Source: a virus | Lineage: Duplodnaviria > Caudoviricetes | Length of the DNA: 53,017 nucleotides | Reading direction: 5' to 3' (one strand) | IMG/VR virus record: IMGVR_UViG_3300042465_003316 | Coordinates: 1-53,017 of that record | Part shown: positions 18,436 to 27,272 of the stretch, in pieces | Layout: each line of letters opens with the position of its first letter | Position numbering within the stretch: position 1 is the first letter of the stretch | Translations under genes and position numbers: made by a program | Notes under the pieces: generated by a model | What the model saw: only the letters and a program-made list of their open reading frames with translations | What the model was told of the DNA's origin: nothing | Databases searched by the model: none

Positions 18436-18574
18436 TCAAGAACAAAAGTCGGTTAATGTGCCGCAGCACAAGCGTATCGCCATGGGGGCAAAACTCGACG
18501 GCACCAGCCTGCAGCCCAAGGGCGAGCAAGCCAAGCCCAAGGGCGGTTTGAGCCACTTGTCCAAGAAAAAGTGA
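18422..18574 (+). CDS. small basic protein (50 aa, absent from ORF track)
   Basis: AAGGAG RBS; MAVSDQEQKSVNVPQHKRIAMG...LSKKK*. Confidence 0.6.
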   Translation: MAVSDQEQKSVNVPQHKRIAMGAKLDGTSLQPKGEQAKPKGGLSHLSKKK

Positions 18575-18741
18575 TCTCAGAACTCATTCACCAAATCCAA
18601 GTGCGGCAAGCGGAAATCCGCATGTCGTTGGTGAATAACCCGGTGGGCGACCACCACATATATTCCCGCGTCGTTGGGGAGTATCAGGGCCTGCAATGGG
18701 TCCTCGATACCCTCAACGCAAAACTCGCCGAAAACGAATAA
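18571..18741 (+). CDS. small helical head-module protein (56 aa, absent from ORF track)
   Basis: GTGA coupling; Y..VVGEYQGL...L pattern; lies between portal and the GroES-like gene. Confidence 0.65.
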   Translation: MISELIHQIQVRQAEIRMSLVNNPVGDHHIYSRVVGEYQGLQWVLDTLNAKLAENE

Positions 18742-18817
18742 GGCCGCAAGGCCCCAAGCCGCGCTGAAATATGCGCATCTCGAACCTGAAATATGGTTTA
18801 TGTCGACAGGAGTGAGT

Positions 18818-19273
18818 ATGAGTGAGCAGAAGGTGCCTACTATTGTGGGTACACAACAGACGTCCGATCCAACTGAGTTGGCGTGGGCATTTCCAGAGAT
18901 ACAGGCCGGTCAAGCCCCATTTGGGGGACGCGTCATTGTTCAGCTTCGCCGCATCAAGAAGAGCGCGGGGAAGATTATTCTGGTGGAAGAAACCAAAGAG
19001 AACGAGAAGTGGAACAACATGATTGGAAAGGTCGTGGCTATTGGGCCATTGGCTTTTAAAAATCGTGACACCATGACATCGTGGCCGGAGGGTAGTTGGG
19101 CGCAGGTAGGTGACTACGTCCGCGTCCCGCGCTGGGGCGGCGATCGCTGGGAACGCTTTGTTTCCACCGAAGAAAACGGCGACCTAAATCCCGTTTTGTT
19201 CATGACGATCAACGACCATGAACTAATCGCCCGGGTCACCGACGATCCGCTCTCATTCAAAGCCTACGTCTAA
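18818..19273 (+). CDS. GroES-like co-chaperonin
   Basis: PFGGRVIVQ...GKIILV...GKVVAIGPLA...WAQVGDYV...INDHELIA; AGGAG RBS. Confidence 0.85.
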   Translation: MSEQKVPTIVGTQQTSDPTELAWAFPEIQAGQAPFGGRVIVQLRRIKKSAGKIILVEETKENEKWNNMIGKVVAIGPLAFKNRDTMTSWPEGSWAQVGDYVRVPRWGGDRWERFVSTEENGDLNPVLFMTINDHELIARVTDDPLSFKAYV

Positions 19274-19282
19274 GGAAATACC

Positions 19283-20218
19283 ATGGCAAACGACAAAGAA
19301 GACGACTTGCACGTCGAAGAAGGTCAGGACGGCACCGCTACGGTGGAGCTTCCTGAGGGCATTTTGCCCAAAAACGAGGGGGAAAACACCTCGTCGGACG
19401 ACGGCGGCGACGTCGATCATCCCGATGACAGCGAGGCGGTGCGTGCCGCACGCCGCGCACGCCGCCGGTCCAAGAAGGACCTGATCCGAAAGACCAACGA
19501 GGAGAAGGACGTCCGGCTGCAGGCCATCCAACGCGAGAACGAGGACCTCCGCAACCGTCTTTCCCGGGTAGAACAGCGCACCCAAGGCGCCGATTTGGCT
19601 CGTTTGGACAAGACGATCGAGGACCAGCAGGTTCGGCTTGAGTACCACCGCATGAAACTGGCGGAAGCCACCAGTGCGGGTGACGGCGAGTCGGCTGTCA
19701 AGGCCCAAGAGGCGCTCTACGAGTCCCGGCAGCAGCTTGATCAGCTTGCAAGGCTGCGAAAACAGGCCGAACAGTCGGATAAGGCGCCCGCGCAGACCAT
19801 CGACCCGGGTGTTCAGCGCAACGCGTCCACGTGGATTGACCGGAACAGTTGGTATAAACCCGATTTGTCGGATACCGACAGCAAAATCGCCAAACAGGTC
19901 GATGAGGTGCTCACAAAAGAGGGCTGGAACCCGTCCGATCCCGATTATTGGGACGAATTGGACAATAGGTTGCAAAAATATTTGCCACATCGATATAATG
20001 GTGCGGACAAGCGTGAATCCAGTCAACGAACACCTAGGAACACCGTGGGAAGCTCAGGACGCGAGGCATCTGCCGCATACGGGGGCACAAACCGGACTTT
20101 TACTCTCTCCGCTGAACAAGTGCGAGCGATGAAAGACGCTGGTATGTGGGACAACCCCGAAAAGCGGGCCAAGATGATCAAACGATATGCAGCCGAATCA
20201 CGTAACCGGAGTAACTAA
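19283..20218 (+). CDS. putative capsid scaffolding protein
   Basis: Acidic N-terminus, long coiled coil, position between portal and capsid. Confidence 0.65.
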   Translation: MANDKEDDLHVEEGQDGTATVELPEGILPKNEGENTSSDDGGDVDHPDDSEAVRAARRARRRSKKDLIRKTNEEKDVRLQAIQRENEDLRNRLSRVEQRTQGADLARLDKTIEDQQVRLEYHRMKLAEATSAGDGESAVKAQEALYESRQQLDQLARLRKQAEQSDKAPAQTIDPGVQRNASTWIDRNSWYKPDLSDTDSKIAKQVDEVLTKEGWNPSDPDYWDELDNRLQKYLPHRYNGADKRESSQRTPRNTVGSSGREASAAYGGTNRTFTLSAEQVRAMKDAGMWDNPEKRAKMIKRYAAESRNRSN

Positions 20219-20767
20219 ATGACTGAATCACGCCTGAAAAAATCTCTCAATGCCGGCGGACGCAACGATCGCGCAAGCGAGGACGCAAGCCGTGCGGCAC
20301 CCGAGGATAAGTTCGCTTCTACGCAAGAACGTCGCAAGATGTGGAACGAGGAGTGGACGCAATCAGCGTTGCCTAAACTACCCAGCCTGAGTGGGTGGCA
20401 TCTTTGCTGGCTCTCAACAACCAACACTTACGACTCCATCGACAAAAGGATTCGCCAAGGGTACGTTCCAGTGAAAACTGAAGAGTTACCCGGGTATGAA
20501 GACCTGCGCGTGAAGACCGGTGAGCACGTTGGATATATCTCCTGCAACGAGATGTTGCTGTTCAAACTACCCATGGATGTCTACCAAGAGATCATGGCGT
20601 ACATGCACGACGAGAAACCCCGTGAGGAAGCGGAAAAAATCCGCGTCCAAGTGGAGCAACTCCAAGGCGCAAGGGACAGCAACGGCAAGTCGCTGGTGGG
20701 CATTGAGGGCGACGGAATGGGCAATTTTGACAAGCAAACCAATCGCACGCCGGTATTTTCCGGCTAA
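20219..20767 (+). CDS. conserved head-module hypothetical protein
   Basis: W...LP...GWHLCWLS...GYVPV...LLFKLP; operon position. Confidence 0.7.
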   Translation: MTESRLKKSLNAGGRNDRASEDASRAAPEDKFASTQERRKMWNEEWTQSALPKLPSLSGWHLCWLSTTNTYDSIDKRIRQGYVPVKTEELPGYEDLRVKTGEHVGYISCNEMLLFKLPMDVYQEIMAYMHDEKPREEAEKIRVQVEQLQGARDSNGKSLVGIEGDGMGNFDKQTNRTPVFSG

Positions 20768-20780
20768 TTAAGGAGTCTCT

Positions 20781-21362
20781 ATGAGTTCAACCTCTGCTCC
20801 GTTTGGCTTGCGTCCTGCGTTCCACCCTTCTGGTCTGGATCGCGCACAGGCGCTCGCTAACGGCATCGCTTCGACTTACGGGTCGAATATCTTGAAGGGC
20901 CAGCCCGTCAAGTACAACCCCTCTGCTGGCACCATCGTCATCGCCACCGTTGGGGCTATTTGGTCCGGCGCCTTTGCTGGTGCTGAATGGACTGACACAA
21001 CCGGTCGTCGCAATATCAGCAACTTTTGGCCCGCTACCACGGCGTACCAAACGGGGTCCTGTATTGCGTATTTCTACAACGACAACAAAATCGTTTACGA
21101 AATCCAATCCGACGCCACCATTGCTCAGACCTCTATTGGCAACGAGTACAACTTCTCGAACATCGCCAATGGTTCCGTAACCACCGGACTGTCGCAGGCC
21201 ACCTTGGGTGTCTCGACTGCCGTCGGTAACGGCAACCCCGGCGACATGCGTGTCGTTGATATCGCTCCCTACCCGGATAACGCTTGGGGTGACTCTTTTG
21301 TGATCGTTCGGGTTGTGAACTCACGTTCGCAGTTCTTCGGCACCTTCAACGCTATTGCATAA
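20781..21362 (+). CDS. putative capsid decoration/cement protein
   Basis: APFGLRP N-terminus, beta-rich, strong RBS, immediately upstream of the major capsid gene. Confidence 0.65.
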   Translation: MSSTSAPFGLRPAFHPSGLDRAQALANGIASTYGSNILKGQPVKYNPSAGTIVIATVGAIWSGAFAGAEWTDTTGRRNISNFWPATTAYQTGSCIAYFYNDNKIVYEIQSDATIAQTSIGNEYNFSNIANGSVTTGLSQATLGVSTAVGNGNPGDMRVVDIAPYPDNAWGDSFVIVRVVNSRSQFFGTFNAIA

Positions 21363-21374
21363 GGAGAATAAACA

Positions 21375-22289
21375 ATGGCTGCACCAATGAGAAGTACGGA
21401 CTTCCGAAGCATCGTCGAACCAATTTTGAACGAATGCTTCGATGGAGTCTACGACCAACGCGCCGACGAATGGTCACGGGTTTTCCGTGAAGAAGACGGC
21501 ATCCCCCGCAACTACCACGAAGAGCCCGTCCTGTACGGTTTCGGCGCGGCACCTCAACTGCCTGACGGCACCCCGGTGACGTACCAACAAGGTGGTGTGC
21601 TGTTCCTGAAACGCTACGTCTACAAGGTCTACGGTCTAGCTTTTGCCCTGACCAAGGTCCTCGTGGAAGATGGCGACCACATCCGTCTGGGTCAGGTGTA
21701 CGCACGTCACTTGGCGCAGTCTCTGGTGGAAACCAAGGAACTGCTGTCCGCCAACGTCTTGAACACTGCCTTCAACAGCGCGTACCCCGGCGGCGACGGC
21801 GTGTCGCTGATCAACACCGCTCACCCCATCGTGAACGGCACGTTCAGCAACCAGTTGGCAACCGCCGCTGTGCTTTCGCAAACCTCCCTTGAGCAGATGC
21901 TGATCCAAGTACGCCAAGCTGTGGACAACAACGGCAAGAAAATCCGTTTGGTGCCCAAGCAACTGGTCGTGGCTCCGGGCAACGTCTTCCAATCGGAAGT
22001 GCTGCTGAAGTCGGTTCTGCGTGCCGGCAACGCCAACAACGACGTCAACCCCATCAAGTCTATCGGCTTGCTGGACGGCGGCGCTACTGTGCTGAGTCGT
22101 CTGACCAGTGCCAACGCATGGTGGGTCCAGACCGACGCTCCCGAGGGCCTCAAGCTCTTGATGCGCCGTCGTCTGGAGAAGACCATGGAAGGCGACTTCG
22201 AGACCGACTCGATGCGTTACAAGGCCACCGAGCGCTACGACGTGGGCTTCACTGACCCCCGCGCAGCCTACGGCACTCCGGGCATCTAA
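21375..22289 (+). CDS. major capsid protein (HK97 fold)
   Basis: AAGGAG RBS, highly biased codons; GGDGVSLINTAHP, PKQLVVAP, DFETDSMRYKATERY..GFTDPR. Confidence 0.9.
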   Translation: MAAPMRSTDFRSIVEPILNECFDGVYDQRADEWSRVFREEDGIPRNYHEEPVLYGFGAAPQLPDGTPVTYQQGGVLFLKRYVYKVYGLAFALTKVLVEDGDHIRLGQVYARHLAQSLVETKELLSANVLNTAFNSAYPGGDGVSLINTAHPIVNGTFSNQLATAAVLSQTSLEQMLIQVRQAVDNNGKKIRLVPKQLVVAPGNVFQSEVLLKSVLRAGNANNDVNPIKSIGLLDGGATVLSRLTSANAWWVQTDAPEGLKLLMRRRLEKTMEGDFETDSMRYKATERYDVGFTDPRAAYGTPGI

Positions 22290-22303
22290 TGCCCACGGGC
22301 TCT

Positions 22304-22332
22304 GGCGGGGAGCCTTAATCCCCGCCACTTTC
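22304..22332 (+). terminator. terminator after major capsid gene
   Basis: GGCGGGGA-gccttaa-TCCCCGCC followed by ACTTT. Confidence 0.65.
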
Positions 22333-22365
22333 TAAACATCGGTCAAACTTTTCAAGGAGCAGACC

Positions 22366-23331
22366 ATGCCTCAGTTTTCAGACGATCTCTTCTTAGGTAC
22401 CGCCAACGGCTACCAAGGCACCGGCTTGTACTGCACCAGCGCTGTTTTCACAGGCTCGGTAGCTACAACCACTCTCACCGTCACCGCGATGCTCTCAGGC
22501 GATCCAATCGTTCTGGGCATGTTCATCGGCGGTACCAGCGTAACCGCAGGCTCGTACATCACGGCTTTCGGTACGGGCTCAGGGGGCACAGGTACCTACA
22601 CGGTATCGGCTTCGTCTACGGCCAGCAGCACCACCATCTACGGTACGATCCAAGCTCCGCTGCAAGACCCGTCTCCGATGCCACAAGGTGTTGGTCCTCT
22701 GGGCCGTGTGTATGTCTGGGATTGCGTGCCCCAAGCCCTTGGCCTGTCCAACGTGGCCGCTTCGCAAACTGCTGCCGGCGCACAAAGTGTGGTTCTGACC
22801 GCTGGCGCGGGCACCCAGTCCGTTCGCCGCGCAGATGGCGTCACCGTGGTTCAGCTTGACTGCCCTCGCGCGGTGCAGGTTAACTGCGCAACTACGGCGC
22901 GGGCCTTTACGGTCAGCGGTTACGACGCCTACGGCCAGCCCATGTCCGAGGTGATTACCGTGGCCGTGGCAGGCACTGCCGTGTTGGGCACCAAGGCTTT
23001 CTTCCAGATTTCTGGCGCCACCATCGCGGGCTCCGCTACAGCGGTGCTGATCGGCACTACTGACAGGTTCGGCTCCCCAGTGCGGTTCACCGACCGTTCC
23101 TACGTAGTCCGTTACGGCTGGAACAACGCCACGACTGACGACACTTCGGGCACCTTGACACCGGCTGTTATGACCACCGCAACCACTGCCACCGGCGACG
23201 TTCGCGGCACTTTTGCCCCTAGCTCTGTGGCTGACGGCATCAAGCGCTTCGTGATCACCATCGCTCTCCCAGCCATCGCCACAGGCCCCTATGCAACTCG
23301 CACGGGTGCTTACGGTGTTACCCAAGCCTAA
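22366..23331 (+). CDS. virion structural protein (head decoration or fibre-like)
   Basis: Thr/Ala/Gly-rich and beta-rich, strong RBS, follows the major capsid gene. Confidence 0.65.
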   Translation: MPQFSDDLFLGTANGYQGTGLYCTSAVFTGSVATTTLTVTAMLSGDPIVLGMFIGGTSVTAGSYITAFGTGSGGTGTYTVSASSTASSTTIYGTIQAPLQDPSPMPQGVGPLGRVYVWDCVPQALGLSNVAASQTAAGAQSVVLTAGAGTQSVRRADGVTVVQLDCPRAVQVNCATTARAFTVSGYDAYGQPMSEVITVAVAGTAVLGTKAFFQISGATIAGSATAVLIGTTDRFGSPVRFTDRSYVVRYGWNNATTDDTSGTLTPAVMTTATTATGDVRGTFAPSSVADGIKRFVITIALPAIATGPYATRTGAYGVTQA

Positions 23332-23341
23332 GGAGTAAATC

Positions 23342-24658
23342 ATGGGTCAATTCAAACCAATGGTGAAGATGGAAACCACCGAGCCCTCGGTGATCCTGAA
23401 GCTGAAAAAGGGAGGCCACGTTTCGTCCGACAAAGACGAAAACGGCCACACCAACATGAAGGGCGCTGGCTTCAAGGCCAAGTATTCCGAAGAGGCTTGC
23501 GAAGGCGAGTCTCCCAAGAAGCCCTCGATGATGGATCGCCGCAAGGCAATGTCCGGTGCCATGCTGAACTCCAAAAACGGCGGCAAGGCCGAGAAAAAGG
23601 CCATGGGTGGCATGATGGGCAGGCCGGCGATGGCCGCGCCCGCTATGGACCCCCGCAGGGCGGCCATGATGAAAGCCATGATGGCCCGCAAGGCCGCTAT
23701 GGGTGCTGTTCCAATGGCAGCCCCGATGGCGGCCCCCGGCATGCCTGCCATGAAAAAAGGCGGCAAGGCTGACATGGACCAAGACAAGGCCATGGTCAAA
23801 AAGGCTTTCAAGCAGCACGACATGCAGGAGCACAAGGGCGGCAAGGGCGGCAAGGGCACCAAGCTCAAGCTGGCTACGGGCGGCTTGACCAACCCAATGA
23901 AAAAGGGGGGTTCCATCAACGATTTTCTCCACACCAAAACCGTGAAGATGAAGACCGCTGAGGGCTACCAAAAGTACGCCGAAGGTGGCGCTGTTAGTGG
24001 AAACGCTTTGAAAACCGTGAACATGGTTACGGCGGGCAAGGCCACTGGTGGCTTGACCAACCCAATGAAAAAGGGGGGTTCCATCAACGATTTTCTCCAC
24101 ACCAAAACCGTGAAGATGAAGACCGCTGATGGCTACCAAAAGTACGCCGAAGGTGGCGCTGTTAGTGGAAACGCTTTGAAAACCGTGAACATGGTTACGG
24201 CGGGCAAGGCCACTGGTGGCGTGGTAAATGGCATGGCTACGGGCGGTCTGACCAATCCTATGAAAAAAGGCGGTGCCGCAAAAAAGCATTTCGCCACGGG
24301 GGGCAGTGTTAGCACTGGCCGCGCCGTGGCAATGCCCAAGCATCCTGTCTCTAAGCCGGTAAGCAACACCGCCCAATCCGGCACCTTCAAAGAGGGCGGA
24401 AAGGTGAGTAAATTTCAGGTTGGAGGCGGGGCCGGGAACACAGACATGGGGACGGACATGACCGGCGGTGGGTACGATAGGTACTACACGGACCTTGAAA
24501 AAGGTAACGTGAAAGACCGGGAAGCCATTACTGGTTTGCCCGGTAGGGCTTACTCCGCCGCTAAACGGTTGTTAGGCATCAAACCTGAGGCAGGGGCCGG
24601 CAGGGGGAATGTAAACCCCCCTCTTGTCCGCAAATCGGGCGGCAGCGCTAAACGGTAA
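23342..24658 (+). CDS. Lys/Met/Gly-rich repeat protein with about 17 xxxGG motifs
   Basis: MKKGG, YAEGG, FATGG and KATGG repeats; AAGGAG RBS; downstream terminator. Confidence 0.8.
   Translation: MGQFKPMVKMETTEPSVILKLKKGGHVSSDKDENGHTNMKGAGFKAKYSEEACEGESPKKPSMMDRRKAMSGAMLNSKNGGKAEKKAMGGMMGRPAMAAPAMDPRRAAMMKAMMARKAAMGAVPMAAPMAAPGMPAMKKGGKADMDQDKAMVKKAFKQHDMQEHKGGKGGKGTKLKLATGGLTNPMKKGGSINDFLHTKTVKMKTAEGYQKYAEGGAVSGNALKTVNMVTAGKATGGLTNPMKKGGSINDFLHTKTVKMKTADGYQKYAEGGAVSGNALKTVNMVTAGKATGGVVNGMATGGLTNPMKKGGAAKKHFATGGSVSTGRAVAMPKHPVSKPVSNTAQSGTFKEGGKVSKFQVGGGAGNTDMGTDMTGGGYDRYYTDLEKGNVKDREAITGLPGRAYSAAKRLLGIKPEAGAGRGNVNPPLVRKSGGSAKR
23882..24220 (+). repeat. 168-bp near-perfect tandem duplication (56 aa)
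   Basis: GGCTTGACCAACCCAATGAAAAAGGGGGG at 23882 and 24050; I see a single GAG/GAT difference. Confidence 0.9.
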
Positions 24659-24659
24659 C

Positions 24660-24690
24660 AAGTAAGGGGCTTAAAATGCCCCTTACTTTC
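24660..24690. terminator. intrinsic terminator
   Basis: AAGTAAGGGGC-ttaaaat-GCCCCTTACTT. Confidence 0.75.
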
Positions 24691-24704
24691 AATTGGAGAA
24701 AATT

Positions 24705-24989
24705 ATGTCAACATTGACAAACGTATTTTCCGTTCATGAAGATGCGACTGGCACGATTTACGCTGGCGCAACAAATCTTGCTGGGTACCAAATAGCGCCC
24801 GGTGGAACGGCTGGTGAAATTGTGTTTCGTGATGGCGGTTCTGGTGGCACTGTGCGATTGCGCTTGAATATTCCTGCTGCCCCATTAACCCCAATTTCAA
24901 CGCTGATCCCCGGCAACGGTATCCGCTTCACAACCAACATCCATGTAACTTTGCCAGCAAGCGCGGCTGTAACCATTTTCTGCGGTTAA
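24705..24989 (+). CDS. small beta-rich structural protein
   Basis: GGAG RBS; IPGNGIRF..NIHVTL...VTIFCG pattern. Confidence 0.7.
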   Translation: MSTLTNVFSVHEDATGTIYAGATNLAGYQIAPGGTAGEIVFRDGGSGGTVRLRLNIPAAPLTPISTLIPGNGIRFTTNIHVTLPASAAVTIFCG

Positions 24990-24991
24990 TC

Positions 24992-25639
24992 ATGCCAAGC
25001 AAATCACCGGCCCAACATCGTTTGATGCAAGCCGCTGCCCACACCAAGGGCGGCTTTGGCGGCGTCCCGCAGAAGGTCGGCAAAGAGTTTGTCAAGGCCG
25101 ACAAAATGGCAGAAGGCGGAGTGGTTCAGTCTTTGAAAAAAGCTGGGTTTTATGAAACAGGGAAAGATAAAGCAGAACGCCTAAAAATCATCGATAACGT
25201 AACAACCAAACCTCAACGGGTGCAAATTGTGGAAAAACTATTTTCAACCAAGAAAATGAAAGAGGGTGGTCTGTACGCCAACATCCATGCCAAGCAGGAG
25301 CGTATTGCCAAGGGCTCAGATGAGCGCATGCGCAAACCGGACAGCAAGGGCGCGCCAACTGCCACGGCTTTCCGGGATTCGGCAAAGACCAAGCGGATGG
25401 CCGATGGCGGCGTTGCAAGCCTTGGGGGCATGGTTTCCAGCACGCCCAACACACCAACGGTAGCCTCGCGTGATAACAGCCGAGCACCGCAAAACATGTT
25501 GGACGGTGCCCAACAGACAGCGGATAACGACATTGAAGGTGGTGACGGTGAAAAGATGTACGGCTACAAGAAGGGTGGTCACATCACCACCCGGCGTATG
25601 TCTACCTGCAGCCCATCCAAGAAGTCTTCCAACTGGTAA
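24992..25639 (+). CDS. basic modular protein with four xxxGG motifs
   Basis: MAEGGVV, MKEGGL, MADGGVA and YKKGGHI separate short modules. Confidence 0.75.
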   Translation: MPSKSPAQHRLMQAAAHTKGGFGGVPQKVGKEFVKADKMAEGGVVQSLKKAGFYETGKDKAERLKIIDNVTTKPQRVQIVEKLFSTKKMKEGGLYANIHAKQERIAKGSDERMRKPDSKGAPTATAFRDSAKTKRMADGGVASLGGMVSSTPNTPTVASRDNSRAPQNMLDGAQQTADNDIEGGDGEKMYGYKKGGHITTRRMSTCSPSKKSSNW

Positions 25640-25644
25640 AGGCC

Positions 25645-25899
25645 ATGGCAAAGAAGTCCCCCTCTTTAGCAATTGGCCGGGGCGAGAAGCTGCCCGTGTC
25701 CAAGGGCGCCGGCCTTACTGAAAAAGGACGCGCCAAGTACAATCGAGAGACGGGGGCGAATCTGAAGGCCCCACAGCCCAAGGGAGGCGCCCGCAAGGAC
25801 TCGTTTTGCGCTCGCATGAGCGGCGTGGTGGAACACTCCAAGGGTGACGCACCCCGCGCAAAGGCATCATTAAAACGCTGGGATTGCCCCGGCTGGTAA
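25645..25899 (+). CDS. small basic phage protein, DUF6321-like
   Basis: GLTEKGRAKYN...NLKAP...RKDSFCARM...LKRWDC. Confidence 0.7.
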   Translation: MAKKSPSLAIGRGEKLPVSKGAGLTEKGRAKYNRETGANLKAPQPKGGARKDSFCARMSGVVEHSKGDAPRAKASLKRWDCPGW

Positions 25900-25908
25900 G
25901 GACACAAC

Positions 25909-26982
25909 ATGGCGTACTCCGGCACCGTCGGTCAGACCGTAATCTCCGTCCAGACGCTGATCGATCACGGTGCGCGTCGTTGCGGCAAGCTGGCCGAAGA
26001 GTTGGCGGTCGAGCAAGTGCAATCGGCCAAGGAGTCGCTCTTCTTTTTCCTGTCCAATCTGGCGAACCTTGGGATCAACTACTGGGCCATCAACAAGACC
26101 GTCATTGGCCTGAACGCTAACCAGTACATCTACAGCCTCCCGGTGGGCGCTGTGGACGCCCAGAACGTGCTCTACAGGCAGATGAACAGGCCGGTGGGTA
26201 CCTACACCTCATCCGCAGGCGGAACGGCCTCCAACGCCGCTGACAACGACCTGACCACGTACTGCCAGCAGACATCCACCAACGGCAACATCGCCGTGGA
26301 TTTTGGCGTTACGGACCCGCAGTACATCGGCTCCATCGGGTTCATGCCCTACGTTGCCGGCGGCGGCAGTGCCACGTGGAACTACGTGCTGGAATACTCC
26401 ACGGACGGTGTGGCATGGAACAACCTTGCCACGGGCGTTAACGTAGCGGTGTCGGACATGGCTTGGGTGTGGACGGACATCGACCCCGGCCAGAACGTCG
26501 AGTTCTACCGCATGCGTGCCACCAATGGCACCACGCTGTCCCTGCGCGAGTTGTATTTTGGCAACAACTCCCGCGAACTGCAGATGTCCCGGCTGAACCG
26601 CGACGACTACACCAACCTGCCCAACAAGAATTTCACGGCCAACCAGCCTTTCCAGTTCTGGTTCGATCGGACCATCCCCCAGCCCACGATGTACCTGTGG
26701 CCGGTGCCGTCTGACCCATTCGTGCAGATGACGGTGTGGTACTCACGCCAGATCATGGACGTGGGTGCCCTGAACGGCCAGCTAGAGATACCCCAGCGCT
26801 GGTACGAGGCGGTCCTGATGAACCTGTCCCACCGGATGAGCTTGGAGCTACCGGGCGTGCCCTTGGATCGCGTTGGGTACCTTGAGAAGATGGCCGCCCA
26901 GTATCTCAATGACGCCGAGAGCGAAGAACGGGATAAATCTCCGATTTATCTGGCCCCGAATATTTCAGTTTACACACGCTGA
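25909..26982 (+). CDS. putative head-tail adaptor with inserted F5/8 (discoidin)-like domain
   Basis: N-terminal helices; LNRDDYTNLPNK...P.QFWFDR...YLWPVP; central LEYSTDGVAW...YRMRA insert. Confidence 0.65.
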   Translation: MAYSGTVGQTVISVQTLIDHGARRCGKLAEELAVEQVQSAKESLFFFLSNLANLGINYWAINKTVIGLNANQYIYSLPVGAVDAQNVLYRQMNRPVGTYTSSAGGTASNAADNDLTTYCQQTSTNGNIAVDFGVTDPQYIGSIGFMPYVAGGGSATWNYVLEYSTDGVAWNNLATGVNVAVSDMAWVWTDIDPGQNVEFYRMRATNGTTLSLRELYFGNNSRELQMSRLNRDDYTNLPNKNFTANQPFQFWFDRTIPQPTMYLWPVPSDPFVQMTVWYSRQIMDVGALNGQLEIPQRWYEAVLMNLSHRMSLELPGVPLDRVGYLEKMAAQYLNDAESEERDKSPIYLAPNISVYTR

Positions 26983-27257
26983 TGCCACGCTATCTTGACA
27001 CCGAAGGCAATGCGTCCCTAGCCATCGCGGTATGCGATCGGTGCAAGATGAAGCGTGCGTTCTCGTCACTGGGCTCGGACCCCAACGTCCCGGGCCTGCG
27101 CGTATGCGATCAGGGGTGCGCGGATCAGCTTGACCCCTACCGGCTCGCCGCGCGGCAGACAGAACGGATAAACTTGAGGTTCCCGAGGCCCGACGTAGAC
27201 CTGACTGGCTTTGATGACCAGTCCCCGGCCTACGAGGGGAAATACGGGCCTCCCTAG
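26982..27257 (+). CDS. small Cys-rich (Zn-binding) tail-region protein
   Basis: VCDRC...GLRVC...C.D..DP...RPD. Confidence 0.7.
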   Translation: MPRYLDTEGNASLAIAVCDRCKMKRAFSSLGSDPNVPGLRVCDQGCADQLDPYRLAARQTERINLRFPRPDVDLTGFDDQSPAYEGKYGPP

Positions 27258-27272
27258 CTCTAAGGCAAGAAC

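Noticed and set aside
23882-24220. Repeat pair as a possible DGR template/variable repeat
   Set aside because: Tandem in-frame duplication with a non-adenine difference; no reverse transcriptase in the window
23342-25639. Double-glycine bacteriocin/RiPP precursor interpretation of the GG motifs
   Set aside because: No C39 peptidase ABC transporter or modifying enzymes; motifs lack the ELxxxEL leader helix and lie in the virion operon
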